The notes: a model not told the origin generated them from the letters alone. A DNA stretch of 64,000 nucleotides from Candidatus Poriferihabitaceae bacterium (GCA_965212085.1 OZ243042.1:1921796-1985795); one strand, 5' to 3'. Positions 19,054 through 30,115 are shown, counted from the first letter of the stretch. Numbers and translations: made by a program.

Positions 19054-19677
19054 ATGACCACACAAAGTATGCCGTATCCCAGCGCAATCGATGAAATCTG
19101 GCAAGTGCCGCGTCATTCGCGGATGCTGGTTTTTGTGCGCCTGGCGATCCTTGCCGTCATCGGCTCGGGGTTGCTTTTCATCGCCTCGCAAAGCGCCATC
19201 AATCTTTCTTTCACGCCCGTTCCCATCACCATGCAGACCTTCGCGGTGTTTTTGATCGCGGTGGTATATGGCTGGCGGCTGGGTTTGCTGACGTTGCTAT
19301 TGTTCTTTGCCGAAAGCGCGTTCCTGCCGGTGTTCGCCAATCTGACGCCCGGCAGCGCGGTGTTATTCGGGCCGACTGCCGGATATGTTGCCGGCTGGGG
19401 GTTGGCCATCGCCGTTTGTGGCTGGCTGGTGGAAAAAGGCTGGGAACGCCGCTTGTCCACCCTGTTGGCGGCGATGTTGCTCGGTAGCGTTGCTCTGTAT
19501 ATCCCCGGACTCATTTGGCTGAGTCAGTTCATCGGCTGGGGTCCGTGGGGGCAGACCACGCTGACCGCCGGATTGTATCCCTTTGTGCTTGGCGACCTGG
19601 CGAAACTTGGCCTGGTGCTTTGGGTCTTGCCGGGTACGCGGGAAATGATTCGGAAATACTGCGATGCATTGAAATAA
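19054..19677 (+). CDS. bioY: Biotin transporter BioY
   Basis: 207 aa, about six TM segments. TPVPITMQTFAVFL and GPTAGYVAGW motifs are typical of BioY. Confidence 0.8.
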   Translation: MTTQSMPYPSAIDEIWQVPRHSRMLVFVRLAILAVIGSGLLFIASQSAINLSFTPVPITMQTFAVFLIAVVYGWRLGLLTLLLFFAESAFLPVFANLTPGSAVLFGPTAGYVAGWGLAIAVCGWLVEKGWERRLSTLLAAMLLGSVALYIPGLIWLSQFIGWGPWGQTTLTAGLYPFVLGDLAKLGLVLWVLPGTREMIRKYCDALK

Positions 19678-19698
19678 AAAATTCATATCGCACAGACC

Positions 19699-22296
19699 AT
19701 GCTTGAACAATACGAAAAACACGCCGCCGAACGGGCTGAACAGGGCATCGTTCCTTTGCCCCTGGACGCCGCGCAGACCGCGCAGTTGGTGGCGTTGTTG
19801 AAAGACCCGCCGGCCGGGAAGGAGGCGCAACTCGTTGAGCTCATCAGCGACCGCGTACCCGCCGGCGTTGATCAGGCGGCCTACGTCAAGGCGGCGTTTC
19901 TGGCCGCCGTGGTTCGCAAGGAAACCGCATCAAAGGTGCTCAGCCGCGAACGCGCGGTGGAATTGCTCGGCATGATGCACGGCGGCTACAACATCGAGCC
20001 GTTGATCGCGTGCCTTGACGACACGCCCGACAACGCGCCGCTGGCGGACGAAGCGGTGCGCGCGTTGTCGCGCACGCTGCTGATGTTCGATGCCTTCTAC
20101 GACGTCGCCGAGCGCGCCGAGGGCGGCAATCCGAACGCCCAAAAGGTGCTGCAATCCTGGGCCGACGCCGAGTGGTTCACCGATAAACCGGAAGTGCCGG
20201 AAAAAATTACGGTGACGGTGTTCAAGGTGCCCGGCGAGACCAATACTGACGACCTGTCGCCGGCCCCGGATGCGTGGTCGCGCCCGGACATTCCGCTGCA
20301 CGCGCTGGCGATGCTGAAAAATCCGCGTCCGGGGCTGGGCGAAAAGCCCCTTGAGACGTTGCGCGAGTTGAAGGAGAAGGGCTTTCCGGTGGCCTACGTC
20401 GGCGACGTGGTCGGCACCGGTTCGTCGCGAAAATCCGCGGCCAACTCGGTGCTCTGGCACACCGGCGAGGACGTGCCCGGCATCCCCAACAAACGCGCCG
20501 GGGGCTACTGCTTCGGCGGGCAGATCGCGCCGATCTTTTTCAACACCATGGAAGATTCCGGGGCGCTGCCCATCGAAATGGAAGTCGGCAAAATGGAAAT
20601 GGGCGACGTCATCGACGTCTATCCCCACGCCGGCAAGGTGTGCCGCCACGATAGCGATGAAGTTATCAGCGAGTTCCGCTTGAAGACCGGCGTGCTGCTC
20701 GACGAAGTCCGGGCCGGCGGGCGCATCAACCTGATCATCGGCCGCGGCCTCACCGCCCGTGCACGGGAAGCCCTGGGCCTCCCCGCCGATGAGATTTTTC
20801 ACAAACCGGCGCCGCCGGCAAAAAGCAGCAAGGGCTATACCCTGGCGCAAAAAATGGTCGGCAAAGCCTGCGGCGTGGCCGGCGTCCGCCCGGGGCAGTA
20901 CTGCGAACCGAAGATGACCACCGTCGGCTCCCAGGACACCACCGGCCCCATGACCCGAGACGAACTCAAGGACCTCGCCTGCCTCGGTTTCCAGGCGGAT
21001 CTGGTGATGCAGTCCTTCTGCCACACCTCGGCCTATCCCAAGCCGGTGGACATCGAAACCCAGCACAGCCTGCCGGATTTCATGATGGACCGTTCCGGCA
21101 TTTCCCTGCGCCCCGGCGACGGCATCATCCATTCGTGGATGAACCGCATGCTGCTGCCCGACACCGTCGGCACCGGCGGCGACTCCCATACCCGTTTCCC
21201 CCTCGGCATTTCCTTCCCGGCGGGTTCCGGGCTGGTGGCTTTTGCGGCGGCCACCGGGGTGATGCCGCTGGATATGCCGGAGTCCGTGCTGGTGCGCTTC
21301 AGCGGCGAGATACAGCCCGGCATCACGCTGCGCGACCTGGTGCACGCGCTCCCCTGGGCGGCCATCCGCAAGGGCCTGTTGACGGTGGAAAAGGCCGGCA
21401 AGAAAAACGTCTATTCCGGGCGCGTGCTGGAAATCGAAGGGCTACCCGACCTCAAGGTGGAACAGGCCTTTGAGTTCGCCGATGCGTCGGCGGAACGCTC
21501 GGCTTCCGGCTGCACCATAAAGCTCAACAAGGAGCCCATCGCCGAGTACATCACCTCCAACGTAGTCATGCTCAAGTGGATGATGAGCGAAGGCTACGGC
21601 GATGCGCGCACCATCGCCCGGCGCGTGGAAGCGATGCAGGCGTGGCTGGACGATCCGCAACTCATGGAAGCCGACGCCGACGCCGAATATTTTGAAGTCA
21701 TAGACATAGATCTCAACGCCATCACCGAACCGATCCTGTGCGCGCCCAACGACCCCGACGACGCGCGCCTGCTGTCGGAAGTCGCCGGCGACAAGGTGGA
21801 CGAAGTGTTCATCGGTTCGTGCATGACCAACATCGGCCACTTCCGCGCAACCAGCCGGCTCCTCGACAAGATGGGCAAGGTAATCCCCACGCGCATGTGG
21901 ATCGTGCCGCCCACCAAAATGGACCAGGCGCAACTCGTCGAAGAAGGCCACTACGCCATTTTCGCCAAAGCCGGCGCGCGCACCGAACCGCCGGGCTGCT
22001 CACTGTGCATGGGCAACCAGGCGCGGGTCGCCGACAACGCCACGGTGGTGTCCACCTCAACCCGAAACTTCCCCAACCGCCTCGGCAAAGGCGCCGACGT
22101 CTACCTCGCATCCTCGGAACTGTCGGCGGTCGCCGGCGTACTCGGACGCCTGCCCACCGTCGAGGAATACATGAACGAAGCCGGCCAACTCAACACCATG
22201 GCCGCCGACATCTACCGTTACCTCAACTTCAACGAAATCGAATCCTACAACACGGCTGCGAACTCGGTGGTGCCGGAGCAGGTGTTTGGGGCTTGA
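19699..22296 (+). CDS. acnB: Aconitate hydratase 2 / 2-methylisocitrate dehydratase
   Basis: 865 aa with an AcnB-type N-terminal domain ([24 protein letters not shown]). Fe-S ligand contexts [10 protein letters not shown] and [13 protein letters not shown]. Confidence 0.95.
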   Translation: MLEQYEKHAAERAEQGIVPLPLDAAQTAQLVALLKDPPAGKEAQLVELISDRVPAGVDQAAYVKAAFLAAVVRKETASKVLSRERAVELLGMMHGGYNIEPLIACLDDTPDNAPLADEAVRALSRTLLMFDAFYDVAERAEGGNPNAQKVLQSWADAEWFTDKPEVPEKITVTVFKVPGETNTDDLSPAPDAWSRPDIPLHALAMLKNPRPGLGEKPLETLRELKEKGFPVAYVGDVVGTGSSRKSAANSVLWHTGEDVPGIPNKRAGGYCFGGQIAPIFFNTMEDSGALPIEMEVGKMEMGDVIDVYPHAGKVCRHDSDEVISEFRLKTGVLLDEVRAGGRINLIIGRGLTARAREALGLPADEIFHKPAPPAKSSKGYTLAQKMVGKACGVAGVRPGQYCEPKMTTVGSQDTTGPMTRDELKDLACLGFQADLVMQSFCHTSAYPKPVDIETQHSLPDFMMDRSGISLRPGDGIIHSWMNRMLLPDTVGTGGDSHTRFPLGISFPAGSGLVAFAAATGVMPLDMPESVLVRFSGEIQPGITLRDLVHALPWAAIRKGLLTVEKAGKKNVYSGRVLEIEGLPDLKVEQAFEFADASAERSASGCTIKLNKEPIAEYITSNVVMLKWMMSEGYGDARTIARRVEAMQAWLDDPQLMEADADAEYFEVIDIDLNAITEPILCAPNDPDDARLLSEVAGDKVDEVFIGSCMTNIGHFRATSRLLDKMGKVIPTRMWIVPPTKMDQAQLVEEGHYAIFAKAGARTEPPGCSLCMGNQARVADNATVVSTSTRNFPNRLGKGADVYLASSELSAVAGVLGRLPTVEEYMNEAGQLNTMAADIYRYLNFNEIESYNTAANSVVPEQVFGA

Positions 22297-22427
22297 TATA
22301 CCTGAAATCGGTTTATATGAAATTTTCCTAGAGGCTTTTTGAACTTAATAATGGGGAGCATCAAGCAGTTTTGTGTCTGTTTGATTGCTTACTGATATCA
22401 CTTAACAGAAATTATGGGAAACAATAA

Positions 22428-24746
22428 ATGAAAGAAGTAAAACAGTTATTTACGGCGAAAGCATCGAGTTTTTATGACACAATGAAGGGCCATGGTGGCT
22501 CTGCCGGATATCGTATTCCAATCTATCAGAGAATGTATAGCTGGAGTAAGGAAAATATCGAACGTTTGATTGTTGATTGCTTAAATGGTTTTTATTATTT
22601 ATCACAGGAAAAGGATCGAGATTCTGGATCATTTACTTTTTTAGGAACTCTTATTTTAGTTCGAGAGAAAGACACGGAATCTAGTTTTAACGGGAGTTCT
22701 TTATCTGTTGTTGATGGACAACAAAGGTTGACGACCCTCGTACTTATTGCATGTGTCCTGATTGAGGAGATTGCGATTAAGGCAAATGAAATAATTCTGG
22801 AAGTTGATAATAAATACGCCAATTGGATGAAAGAGGAAAAAGATTTTCAATTGGGATGTCTTTACGAATGTGTCATGGGGACGCAATCTTCTCGCGCAAA
22901 AAATTTTCCTTATCCAAGGATTATACGGGATGGAGATAGTCGTGGTTTATCAGGTACGGATTCTGAGTATTATTCTATAATTTCAAGATTTCTGCAGAAT
23001 TTTTCAGAATATTACGAAAACTACTACAAAAATAATGAAAAGTGTGTTTTTGAATTTCCTTCCATAAGGGATAAGGAAAAGGAATATGAGCAGTTTAAAA
23101 AGAATCATGAAACTATAAAAGACAAAATACAGGAGATATCTGTTAGATATGACGGGGATGTTGAAGATCGAGAGTATGAGATTTTGCCGAGGAAAAATTT
23201 TGAAAAAAGTGGTATCAGGGATTTATTTGAACGGGTTAGTGTTTGTGGTGATGAGGGCTTGCAAGACAAAGCGATTTCAACTATATCTAAGGACAAAGCT
23301 TTTGAGCCTTTAGTGCGTCTTCTTCTTTTTGCAGCATACTTTACAAGGTATGTTGTGCTTACTTCGGTGGAAACGGATGATGAAAAAGCCGCGTTCGATA
23401 TATTTGATTCGTTGAATACGACGGGTGAACCGTTGACGGCACTAGAAACACTCAAGCCTCTTGTCATAAAATTTGAGGGTAAAAAAAGACGTGGGTACAA
23501 AGGGTCTGATTCAGAGATTTCTTTCTCAAAAATCAAGAGCAATTTAGATGACAAAGTCTCAGGTGATAAAACACGCCAAATAGAGACGAAAGATGCAATT
23601 GTGTCATTCGCACTCTATATGGAGGGTGCCAAGCTCCCTAGAGATTTGAGTAGGCAGAGAACTTATCTCAGGAGCAAATACGACAGGATCTCTGATGAAA
23701 GAAAACCACAATTTGTTGACGCAATAGCTGATATAACATTTTTTAGATATAACTATTGGAATGCAAAAGGTATTGAAAAGTTAGTAGAATTTAATTCAAC
23801 TAATCATCGGGATGAGATACAGCTGTGTATGCAATTGATTTCCGACATGAGAACGAGTTTAGCACTGCCTATTTTGACTCGTTATCATTCTAAAATTCAC
23901 GGAAATGGCGGTGAAAAAAACTTTTTCAACGCAGTAAAGGCATTGACAGGATTCCTCATTCTGCGAAGAGCGTATACTGGTAGTACAAATGGCATTGATG
24001 CAGTATTTCGATCCTTGATGGAAAAGCAACCGTCACACAAGGGTGACCCTTTGTCAGTTGGGTTAGACCATGAACACAAAATCTGGGATATTTTTAACTT
24101 TAAAGAGGAATTACGTAAGAAACTTGCTGAGTGTATGGGGAAAGTATCTCAAGAAAATTGGGTCGAAAAAGTTGTTGAAAATCCTCTTGCCCAACAATCC
24201 AAACCATTAGTAAAATTTCTTTTGTTTGCTGCTGCCCATCATTCAATATCTGACCCTAAAGAAGAAGGACTTTGGGTGCGTGATGGGGTTAAAATTGCCG
24301 CTGAGAATGAATATATCAACTATAGAAACTGGACAAACTCTAAATATGGAACAGTGGAGCATATAGCGCCTGATTCCCCTAAAAATGGGTGGGATAAAGA
24401 TATTTATACTCAATCTTTTAGAAGACATACTATAGGAAATTTGCTCCTCTTGCCTGAAAAGGAAAATAAAAGTCTCGGAAATGCTAGTTGGAAAAAGAAA
24501 CAGCTTTTTTATATGGCGGTATCAGAGAAGACAGTAGAGGAAGCAACTGCAAGGATAGCCGAATCTAAACATGAGGGTATCGAATTTTCGCAGAAAACCG
24601 AGAAACTAATACTAGGTGGTGATCGCTTGCAATTGCTAGACCCTATCCGTAATGTTGAGAGTTGGACTGCTGATTTTATACAGAAGCGCTCAACTAATAT
24701 TGCTAATTTAGCGTGGGATACGGTTAGTTCTTGGTTGTTGGATTAG
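22428..24746 (+). CDS. sspE: DUF262 + DUF1524 two-domain protein, SspE-like phosphorothioate-sensing NTPase/nickase effector
   Basis: 772 aa, very AT-rich. N-terminal DUF262 motifs IPIYQRMYSWSKENIERLIVD and VVDGQQRLTTL. C-terminal DUF1524/HNH-like motifs GTVEHIAPDSP and IGNLLLLPEKENKSLGNASWKKK. Adjacent to the modification genes. Confidence 0.8.
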   Translation: MKEVKQLFTAKASSFYDTMKGHGGSAGYRIPIYQRMYSWSKENIERLIVDCLNGFYYLSQEKDRDSGSFTFLGTLILVREKDTESSFNGSSLSVVDGQQRLTTLVLIACVLIEEIAIKANEIILEVDNKYANWMKEEKDFQLGCLYECVMGTQSSRAKNFPYPRIIRDGDSRGLSGTDSEYYSIISRFLQNFSEYYENYYKNNEKCVFEFPSIRDKEKEYEQFKKNHETIKDKIQEISVRYDGDVEDREYEILPRKNFEKSGIRDLFERVSVCGDEGLQDKAISTISKDKAFEPLVRLLLFAAYFTRYVVLTSVETDDEKAAFDIFDSLNTTGEPLTALETLKPLVIKFEGKKRRGYKGSDSEISFSKIKSNLDDKVSGDKTRQIETKDAIVSFALYMEGAKLPRDLSRQRTYLRSKYDRISDERKPQFVDAIADITFFRYNYWNAKGIEKLVEFNSTNHRDEIQLCMQLISDMRTSLALPILTRYHSKIHGNGGEKNFFNAVKALTGFLILRRAYTGSTNGIDAVFRSLMEKQPSHKGDPLSVGLDHEHKIWDIFNFKEELRKKLAECMGKVSQENWVEKVVENPLAQQSKPLVKFLLFAAAHHSISDPKEEGLWVRDGVKIAAENEYINYRNWTNSKYGTVEHIAPDSPKNGWDKDIYTQSFRRHTIGNLLLLPEKENKSLGNASWKKKQLFYMAVSEKTVEEATARIAESKHEGIEFSQKTEKLILGGDRLQLLDPIRNVESWTADFIQKRSTNIANLAWDTVSSWLLD

Positions 24747-24785
24747 TCAAAAGCCTTAGGGTATGAATCACTACTAGCGCCGAGT

Positions 24786-25622
24786 TTACTTATGACACGC
24801 CAAACAAACTTTCGCTTTCCCATACAAGTCATCAATATCCAAGGGTTCGTTGTCGGATCGTAAGGGATTGGGTTGTACTTTTGAGCGAAGTCGAGCAAGG
24901 CGTTTCTCGTGTTCCTGCTTGATTTGTTTGATTCGCTCCGGCCGGGATAGTTCTTCCAATGACTCGCCCTGACTCCAGGTAAACGGAGAGCCGTGTTCAA
25001 CGGCGTTTTTCTCATATGCTTTTGCTTCTTCAAAGGCATCGGGGTGCTCGTGCATAAGTCGTACCCATTCGATTTTCTGCTGAAAGAAACAGAAAGTGCA
25101 TCCGCTACGTGTCCGCCAAGAATAATATTTCGGCAATCCAAGACCGGCGGCTTCAAGAATTTCCAGAACAGCGGGTTTGTCGATACCTTCTTCCTTAAAA
25201 GGGAGTTTTACGATAAGGTTATCGCGCTTTGACAAATAGCCTTCTCGATATTCCTCATCACTGCGTATCGCCACATAACTGTAAATCGTCATACCATCAT
25301 CAAGCATTGGTCGCAGCCAGTGTTCAAAGGGGCGGAGTTTAAGTTGACGGGTGCACCAGCGGCTCTGTGGGGAAGGGAGGAAGCTATTGAACTGTTTGAG
25401 CCAGAAATCGAAATCCCGGTCCGGGTTCAACCGGAGTATTGGTTTCCCTAGAAAGCCCTCAAGACGCACTAGGTATTCGTAGACTTCCGGGAGTTCTTTC
25501 CCTGTGTCGGTGAAGAAGTATTCAATTTCCGTCTCTGGGTGATGCTGGCGCATATAAACGGCGAGCGCCGCGCTGTCGCGCCCGCCAGAAAGACCAAGAA
25601 CATGTTTTTCTTTATCCGGCAT
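24786..25622 (-). CDS. sspD: PP-loop PAPS-reductase/DndC-like ATP pyrophosphatase, SspD-like
   Basis: Start moved to the ATG at 25622 (MPDKEKHVLGLSGGRDSAALAVYM). The tracked N-terminal extension lies inside sspC. PP-loop SGGRDS. Cys pairs RSGCTFCFF and KVCLACHK. The ATG overlaps the sspC stop by 11 nt (ATGCCGGATAA). Confidence 0.8.
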   Translation of the reverse strand: MPDKEKHVLGLSGGRDSAALAVYMRQHHPETEIEYFFTDTGKELPEVYEYLVRLEGFLGKPILRLNPDRDFDFWLKQFNSFLPSPQSRWCTRQLKLRPFEHWLRPMLDDGMTIYSYVAIRSDEEYREGYLSKRDNLIVKLPFKEEGIDKPAVLEILEAAGLGLPKYYSWRTRSGCTFCFFQQKIEWVRLMHEHPDAFEEAKAYEKNAVEHGSPFTWSQGESLEELSRPERIKQIKQEHEKRLARLRSKVQPNPLRSDNEPLDIDDLYGKAKVCLACHK

Positions 25623-28600
25623 CAGATTTTTTTCTCCGTTTGGCCGGTTTTTTCTTGTCGCCATCTTCCATATAGCGTGCGCTGATTTTTGCCAGTGAAG
25701 CCAGGATGATGTTGCGTTGTTTTGTGTTGGCGTTTTGGATGGCGGTTGAAACAACACCGACAAGATAATTTACTGCCTTTTGGTCAGAATCCGCCACATC
25801 AAAAACTTCCAGCAGTGGAACAGGGCGACCGTCCATTCCAACGACAACGGCCATTGCTTGGCGTTTGTCCGGTCGGCCTTTTATCCGTGCGAAGGTTTCG
25901 GCGCGTAGAAATTGTTGAGCCATCTCCGCAACGTTGATGCCGGCGCGGTCCACGTCCGGATCTACCCAATTCCGCGGGGGTTTGTCGGTTACAAGACTTG
26001 CGATTGCCTCAAAGGCGCTATCGGTGCCGTCAAATTTAGACAACCGGCCAATAAATGCCTCCAATCGGAAGTCGCCGGTGAGTTCTTTGACGTTCTCCGC
26101 TCTCTCGCGCAGTTCTGTGAGGGATTGCGGAGACAGGTTTGGCACCTCGAGCTCGGTCAACATGGTATCCCTGATACGGTGCAACATGAATGGATAGGCG
26201 CCTATAAGTTCTTTCAGGCCCTCGTGAAAGTCCTCAACAAACTTTCGCATATCTTTATCATTGGATAAATCACGGTCTTTCCCAATTACTGAGGGAATGT
26301 CATCAAAGAGAAACTTATTGGGATCGCGCGCACGCTTGAAAAGGTCGCGGATCTTTATGGCGTTTTTAGAAAGTTGCATGGTTCGCTTGGTCCACTGCGA
26401 CAGTTCTTCGTATATTGCTACAAGATCGCGCGCAATATCTATCGGCTCTATGTGCGCTGATTTGTTTCCCTTATCAAGAGCGCTAACAACCACCGACATT
26501 TCCGAAAGAATGCGTCCGGACACGCTCGAAAGATTCATCCACCGCAACTGTATGAATGACGGATCCTTGGATAGATAATCAATATCCACGTCATCAAAGT
26601 GTGCGCGAAAAATACCATCACGATAGATGGCGATTTTGTTTCGTTGAGTCAGGATGAACGATACGGCGAGTATCGGTATCAGGCCGCTTTTTATGCCAAA
26701 GGGTTGCTTCTGCCAAAGCTCGTCGTAAATTTCCTTAATAGGAACCGTTCGCTTGGCGTGTTTTTTGATGTAGTTGACAGTTTCCTGCCACAGGGGTGCT
26801 AGGCGACTGTGATCTTCATCGTTTTTCGGCGCAACAATGCGCCAAGTTCCCTCAACCTGTTTGTACAGTTTTGTTGCTTCCAGCATCGAGGCGAACAGGC
26901 CACCCTCGGCGGGAAAGCCCTCAATGCCAAGGCGCGGCTCACCTTCATTGGCGACCATGCGCCGAAGCAATATTTTTTGTGCTCCCGTGGCGCTACTTGA
27001 CGGCCTTTGTCGGTTCAAAAGTTCGTTGTGCAACCGCGGGCATTTGTCGAACCGGCTGTCGGCCAGTTCAGAGGCCAGAATATTGAGATCAGCGTGGCGA
27101 TACCTTTTCGGTGAGTGGTTTTTTTGGAACCATAGTGCCCCATCCATCGCCGCGCGCAACTCCAGTCCAATACGGGTTTGCAAGGTTGCGATGCGTTCGG
27201 TCACTTCGCGTCGTGCTACCGCGTCTCCGGCCAGCTGTGGGTGATCATTGTGGATATTATCCAACGCGACCAACTCGCGGGCGAAAGTGAAAATGGACCG
27301 AGAGTGTTCTGAAGTCCCGACGACAATATCCCACTCATCGCTGTGCCGCGCCGCCTTTCGGCACTGTTGCTCGATGCGTTCCTTGCTTTCGCTCTCAGTG
27401 GGGACGGCAAGCAGGAATTGACCGACCACCCCGTTTTCAGGATGGTATTTGGACACAATTTCTTCGATATCCGCGACGTGTGCAAAGTTGACATCAAACC
27501 AGCGCATCGTCCCCGTTTCGTGATAGTGGCGTTTGGCAAGTATGGGTTGCAGTTCCGCAAGCATCTTGAGAGTAGTGAAGTCAATTTGACCCATATCTTC
27601 AAGTGCGCCGCTAATAGCTTGGTCAATATCAAAATCGCTACCTGCAAAAATGGCATATGCGTCAAGGAATTTTTTGAATATGATATGAGACCACTTGCCT
27701 AGTTGGTTGAGCGACTTTTTTAAAGCACCGTCCGACACATCAGGAAAGCAGGTTTGCAACAGTTCAAGACTGGCAACAAGGCCGGAACGATCTTTGCACA
27801 GGTCAACGATAGCGATCGTTTTCAGCAGACGGATGCATAGCGCATCCCCGCCCGATGTTTCACATCGCTCCAATGCATCGGCAGCCAACGCCCAGCGATG
27901 TCCGTCCGAAGAAGCAAGAATGGATGGCTCCAGGTTGGCGCGTAGGTAATCCCACAGTCGGTCCGGCTCATAGACCTCTCCTTTTTTTGCGCTTTGCAGG
28001 AAATCCTGAAAGCCATACGGTTCCGAGGAATTGAGAAAACTGAATATGCTGCGTTGATTCTGACCAAAGCGGCGACGTGAAATGGGGCCAAGAAGACAGG
28101 CGGTAACCGGATGCAGAGGCCAACAGGATTCCAGTGTCAGGGCAAATTCTTTGACGTTTTTGGACCGTTGATGTTGAGCAAGTGCCGCAGTCGTTCGTGC
28201 AAGTTCACCGGGGCTTTTTAGTTGTCGGTCGTTCTCAACGGCACGGGAGATGGTGTCTATTTGTTCCTCTCCGGTTGTGCTGATGGAAAGATCAACAAAG
28301 CGCCCTTGAATCTTTGCCCATTCCCTGCGTATTTCGTGGGAAATGCGGGATGCGTATTCTTCAAATGCTTGGTGCAAAATGCCAATCAGGATGAGGCGTC
28401 CATTACTGCGCGAAGCCACCTCGGCGAGTTGTTGGAAAACGTAGATGTCGGTATTTTTCTGAACAGCCGATTCAAGAAACTTGCCCATCTCGTCAACAAA
28501 TAAAACGATCCCGCCGTGGGTCCTTGGACGTTGTGCGGCAAGCTCCTGCAAGGTGCTGATGAGGTATCTTTCGCTCCATCCTCCGCGTGGTCTGCGTTCC

Positions 28601-29004
28601 ACTAGCCCGGCTTCTTTTATAGATTCTCCGATGACATCAATGGGGTTCTCAAGACGTCCGACTACGGGAATAATTCTCCAGCCCTTTGTGCCGGTTGGCA
28701 TCGCTTTCCGTATTTGATTGCTGAGTTTGTGCCCGAAAATTTTAGCGGCTTGCCTCCGTTGGTCGGTGCTGCCACCGAGGGCTACGCTAAACGCTACAGC
28801 AAGGCTGGATTTGCCACTGCCGTACGGGCCTGTCCATGTAAAAGCTCCCTGTCCCGACTTGGAAAGGTGTTCCGCCATCGTTTGCAGGGCGTTGGCGTAG
28901 GACTGAGGGCATACGAACCCATCTAGTGCTTTGGCATCGCCGAGGTCAGTATCAATGCGAACCGACCGTTGAAAGCGGCGAACAATTTGTACGCGATTAA
29001 TCAC
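25612..29004 (-). CDS. sspC: Large P-loop ATPase, SspC-like
   Basis: 1130 aa. GTG start overlaps the sspB stop (GTGA). Walker A GPYGSGKSS, Walker B-like IVLFVDEMGKF. No other domains recognisable by eye. Confidence 0.7.
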   Translation of the reverse strand: MINRVQIVRRFQRSVRIDTDLGDAKALDGFVCPQSYANALQTMAEHLSKSGQGAFTWTGPYGSGKSSLAVAFSVALGGSTDQRRQAAKIFGHKLSNQIRKAMPTGTKGWRIIPVVGRLENPIDVIGESIKEAGLVERRPRGGWSERYLISTLQELAAQRPRTHGGIVLFVDEMGKFLESAVQKNTDIYVFQQLAEVASRSNGRLILIGILHQAFEEYASRISHEIRREWAKIQGRFVDLSISTTGEEQIDTISRAVENDRQLKSPGELARTTAALAQHQRSKNVKEFALTLESCWPLHPVTACLLGPISRRRFGQNQRSIFSFLNSSEPYGFQDFLQSAKKGEVYEPDRLWDYLRANLEPSILASSDGHRWALAADALERCETSGGDALCIRLLKTIAIVDLCKDRSGLVASLELLQTCFPDVSDGALKKSLNQLGKWSHIIFKKFLDAYAIFAGSDFDIDQAISGALEDMGQIDFTTLKMLAELQPILAKRHYHETGTMRWFDVNFAHVADIEEIVSKYHPENGVVGQFLLAVPTESESKERIEQQCRKAARHSDEWDIVVGTSEHSRSIFTFARELVALDNIHNDHPQLAGDAVARREVTERIATLQTRIGLELRAAMDGALWFQKNHSPKRYRHADLNILASELADSRFDKCPRLHNELLNRQRPSSSATGAQKILLRRMVANEGEPRLGIEGFPAEGGLFASMLEATKLYKQVEGTWRIVAPKNDEDHSRLAPLWQETVNYIKKHAKRTVPIKEIYDELWQKQPFGIKSGLIPILAVSFILTQRNKIAIYRDGIFRAHFDDVDIDYLSKDPSFIQLRWMNLSSVSGRILSEMSVVVSALDKGNKSAHIEPIDIARDLVAIYEELSQWTKRTMQLSKNAIKIRDLFKRARDPNKFLFDDIPSVIGKDRDLSNDKDMRKFVEDFHEGLKELIGAYPFMLHRIRDTMLTELEVPNLSPQSLTELRERAENVKELTGDFRLEAFIGRLSKFDGTDSAFEAIASLVTDKPPRNWVDPDVDRAGINVAEMAQQFLRAETFARIKGRPDKRQAMAVVVGMDGRPVPLLEVFDVADSDQKAVNYLVGVVSTAIQNANTKQRNIILASLAKISARYMEDGDKKKPAKRRKKSDAG

Positions 29005-29963
29005 GCCGCGGCCGACCGTTTGATTTTTGGATAGTCTGTATCAATACAATCAAGGATAGTTTCAGGATTAAGATCGGCGTTGCGCATCACTTGCTTGAGG
29101 TTGGCGGTCTCCGACCATTGGAACGCATCGCTCGTTACGGTACCAAGAGCGGCGAGCCGGTCAATCACGTCGTTGTCATTGAGCAGGAAAGCGCGGCCCG
29201 GGCTACACGGCTCGTGCACTAGTGATTCAAATGATAAGGTGGTTGCATTCGGTGAAAAGCGGCGCCAGAAGTCCAGGAGCGCATAAACGAACACGCCGTT
29301 CCCCAAGGACGGCTTCGGGCCGCGCACAAAACGGAAGCCGTCGTGTTTGCCGATTGCCTTGATTAGTCCCAGCTCGGCCAGCGGAGATTCCAGAACGTCA
29401 TCATGCCCGCCTCTTGATGATTGCTGTGGAACATAGGTGCGTATAAAGCACGCAACATCGTTCTTTATTGTGGTTCCGGAGGCACGTCGCCATGCACGTT
29501 CCTTTGCCAATCTTTCCAGTCCCCTGATTAAATGTTCCCGGTCAAAGGCAATGTCGGGGTAGTGATTGAAAGCCCAGAACCATGTTGTTTTCTTATCGGC
29601 GTAAGCGGCCAACTTCCAATGAATAAGCCACAGTGTCGCCGGATGCTCCATATAGGGATCAAGACCTTTGGCTCCGAATAACTTTTGACCGAAACGTGTT
29701 GTGTGTATGATACTTTCCACTTTATCCTCGGCGAGGATATCAACCGATTCCGCCCAATGACGCATGGAAGAAACCATGTTCTTACCCACACCGAAACGGG
29801 CGATCGAATCTTCATTAAGGAATACGGATTTACTTTCCTGCCCGCCATTGGTTTTTTCAATGGCGTCAAAAGCTTTCTTCAGCCATCCATAGCGTAACGT
29901 AAACGTCTCGTGCCCTGATAGTCGGGGGCAGTAATCGCCTTGAAAAAGTGGTCCGCGGGACAT
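29001..29963 (-). CDS. sspB: DUF4007-like protein, SspB-like (nickase component)
   Basis: 320 aa. N-terminus FQGDYCPRLSGHETFTLRYGWLKKAF matches my recollection of the DUF4007 start. First gene of the sspB-C-D overlapping operon. Confidence 0.7.
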   Translation of the reverse strand: MSRGPLFQGDYCPRLSGHETFTLRYGWLKKAFDAIEKTNGGQESKSVFLNEDSIARFGVGKNMVSSMRHWAESVDILAEDKVESIIHTTRFGQKLFGAKGLDPYMEHPATLWLIHWKLAAYADKKTTWFWAFNHYPDIAFDREHLIRGLERLAKERAWRRASGTTIKNDVACFIRTYVPQQSSRGGHDDVLESPLAELGLIKAIGKHDGFRFVRGPKPSLGNGVFVYALLDFWRRFSPNATTLSFESLVHEPCSPGRAFLLNDNDVIDRLAALGTVTSDAFQWSETANLKQVMRNADLNPETILDCIDTDYPKIKRSAAA

Positions 29964-30115
29964 TTTGAAATCGATTGGTTGAGTTTCTTCGTTGGCGCTC
30001 GTATCATACAGGACGTGGTGACGGATGGCAATTCTCTGGTGATTCGCTCCAGATTAAAACGGCCTCGCTATTTCAGTCCCTAATCACAGAAATAACTGTA
30101 ACCTGTTCAAAAGTA

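Noticed and set aside
22297-22427. Possible att-like direct repeats at the island borders (acttaataatgggg near 22345, versus acttataataagcg near 31415).
   Set aside because: The match is only an imperfect ~10-13-nt match in AT-rich DNA, which is within chance expectation. No integrase or tRNA supports a site-specific insertion model.
25623-25763. N-terminal extension of the PAPS-reductase-like ORF (tracked start 25763), and the TTG-initiated extension of the desulfurase ORF (29975-30115).
   Set aside because: The first extension lies wholly inside the upstream ATPase gene, and the conserved PP-loop domain begins right after the internal ATG at 25622. For the desulfurase, the conserved N-terminus (KILYFDHQATTP) follows the ATG at 30116, and the extension has no similarity to desulfurases.
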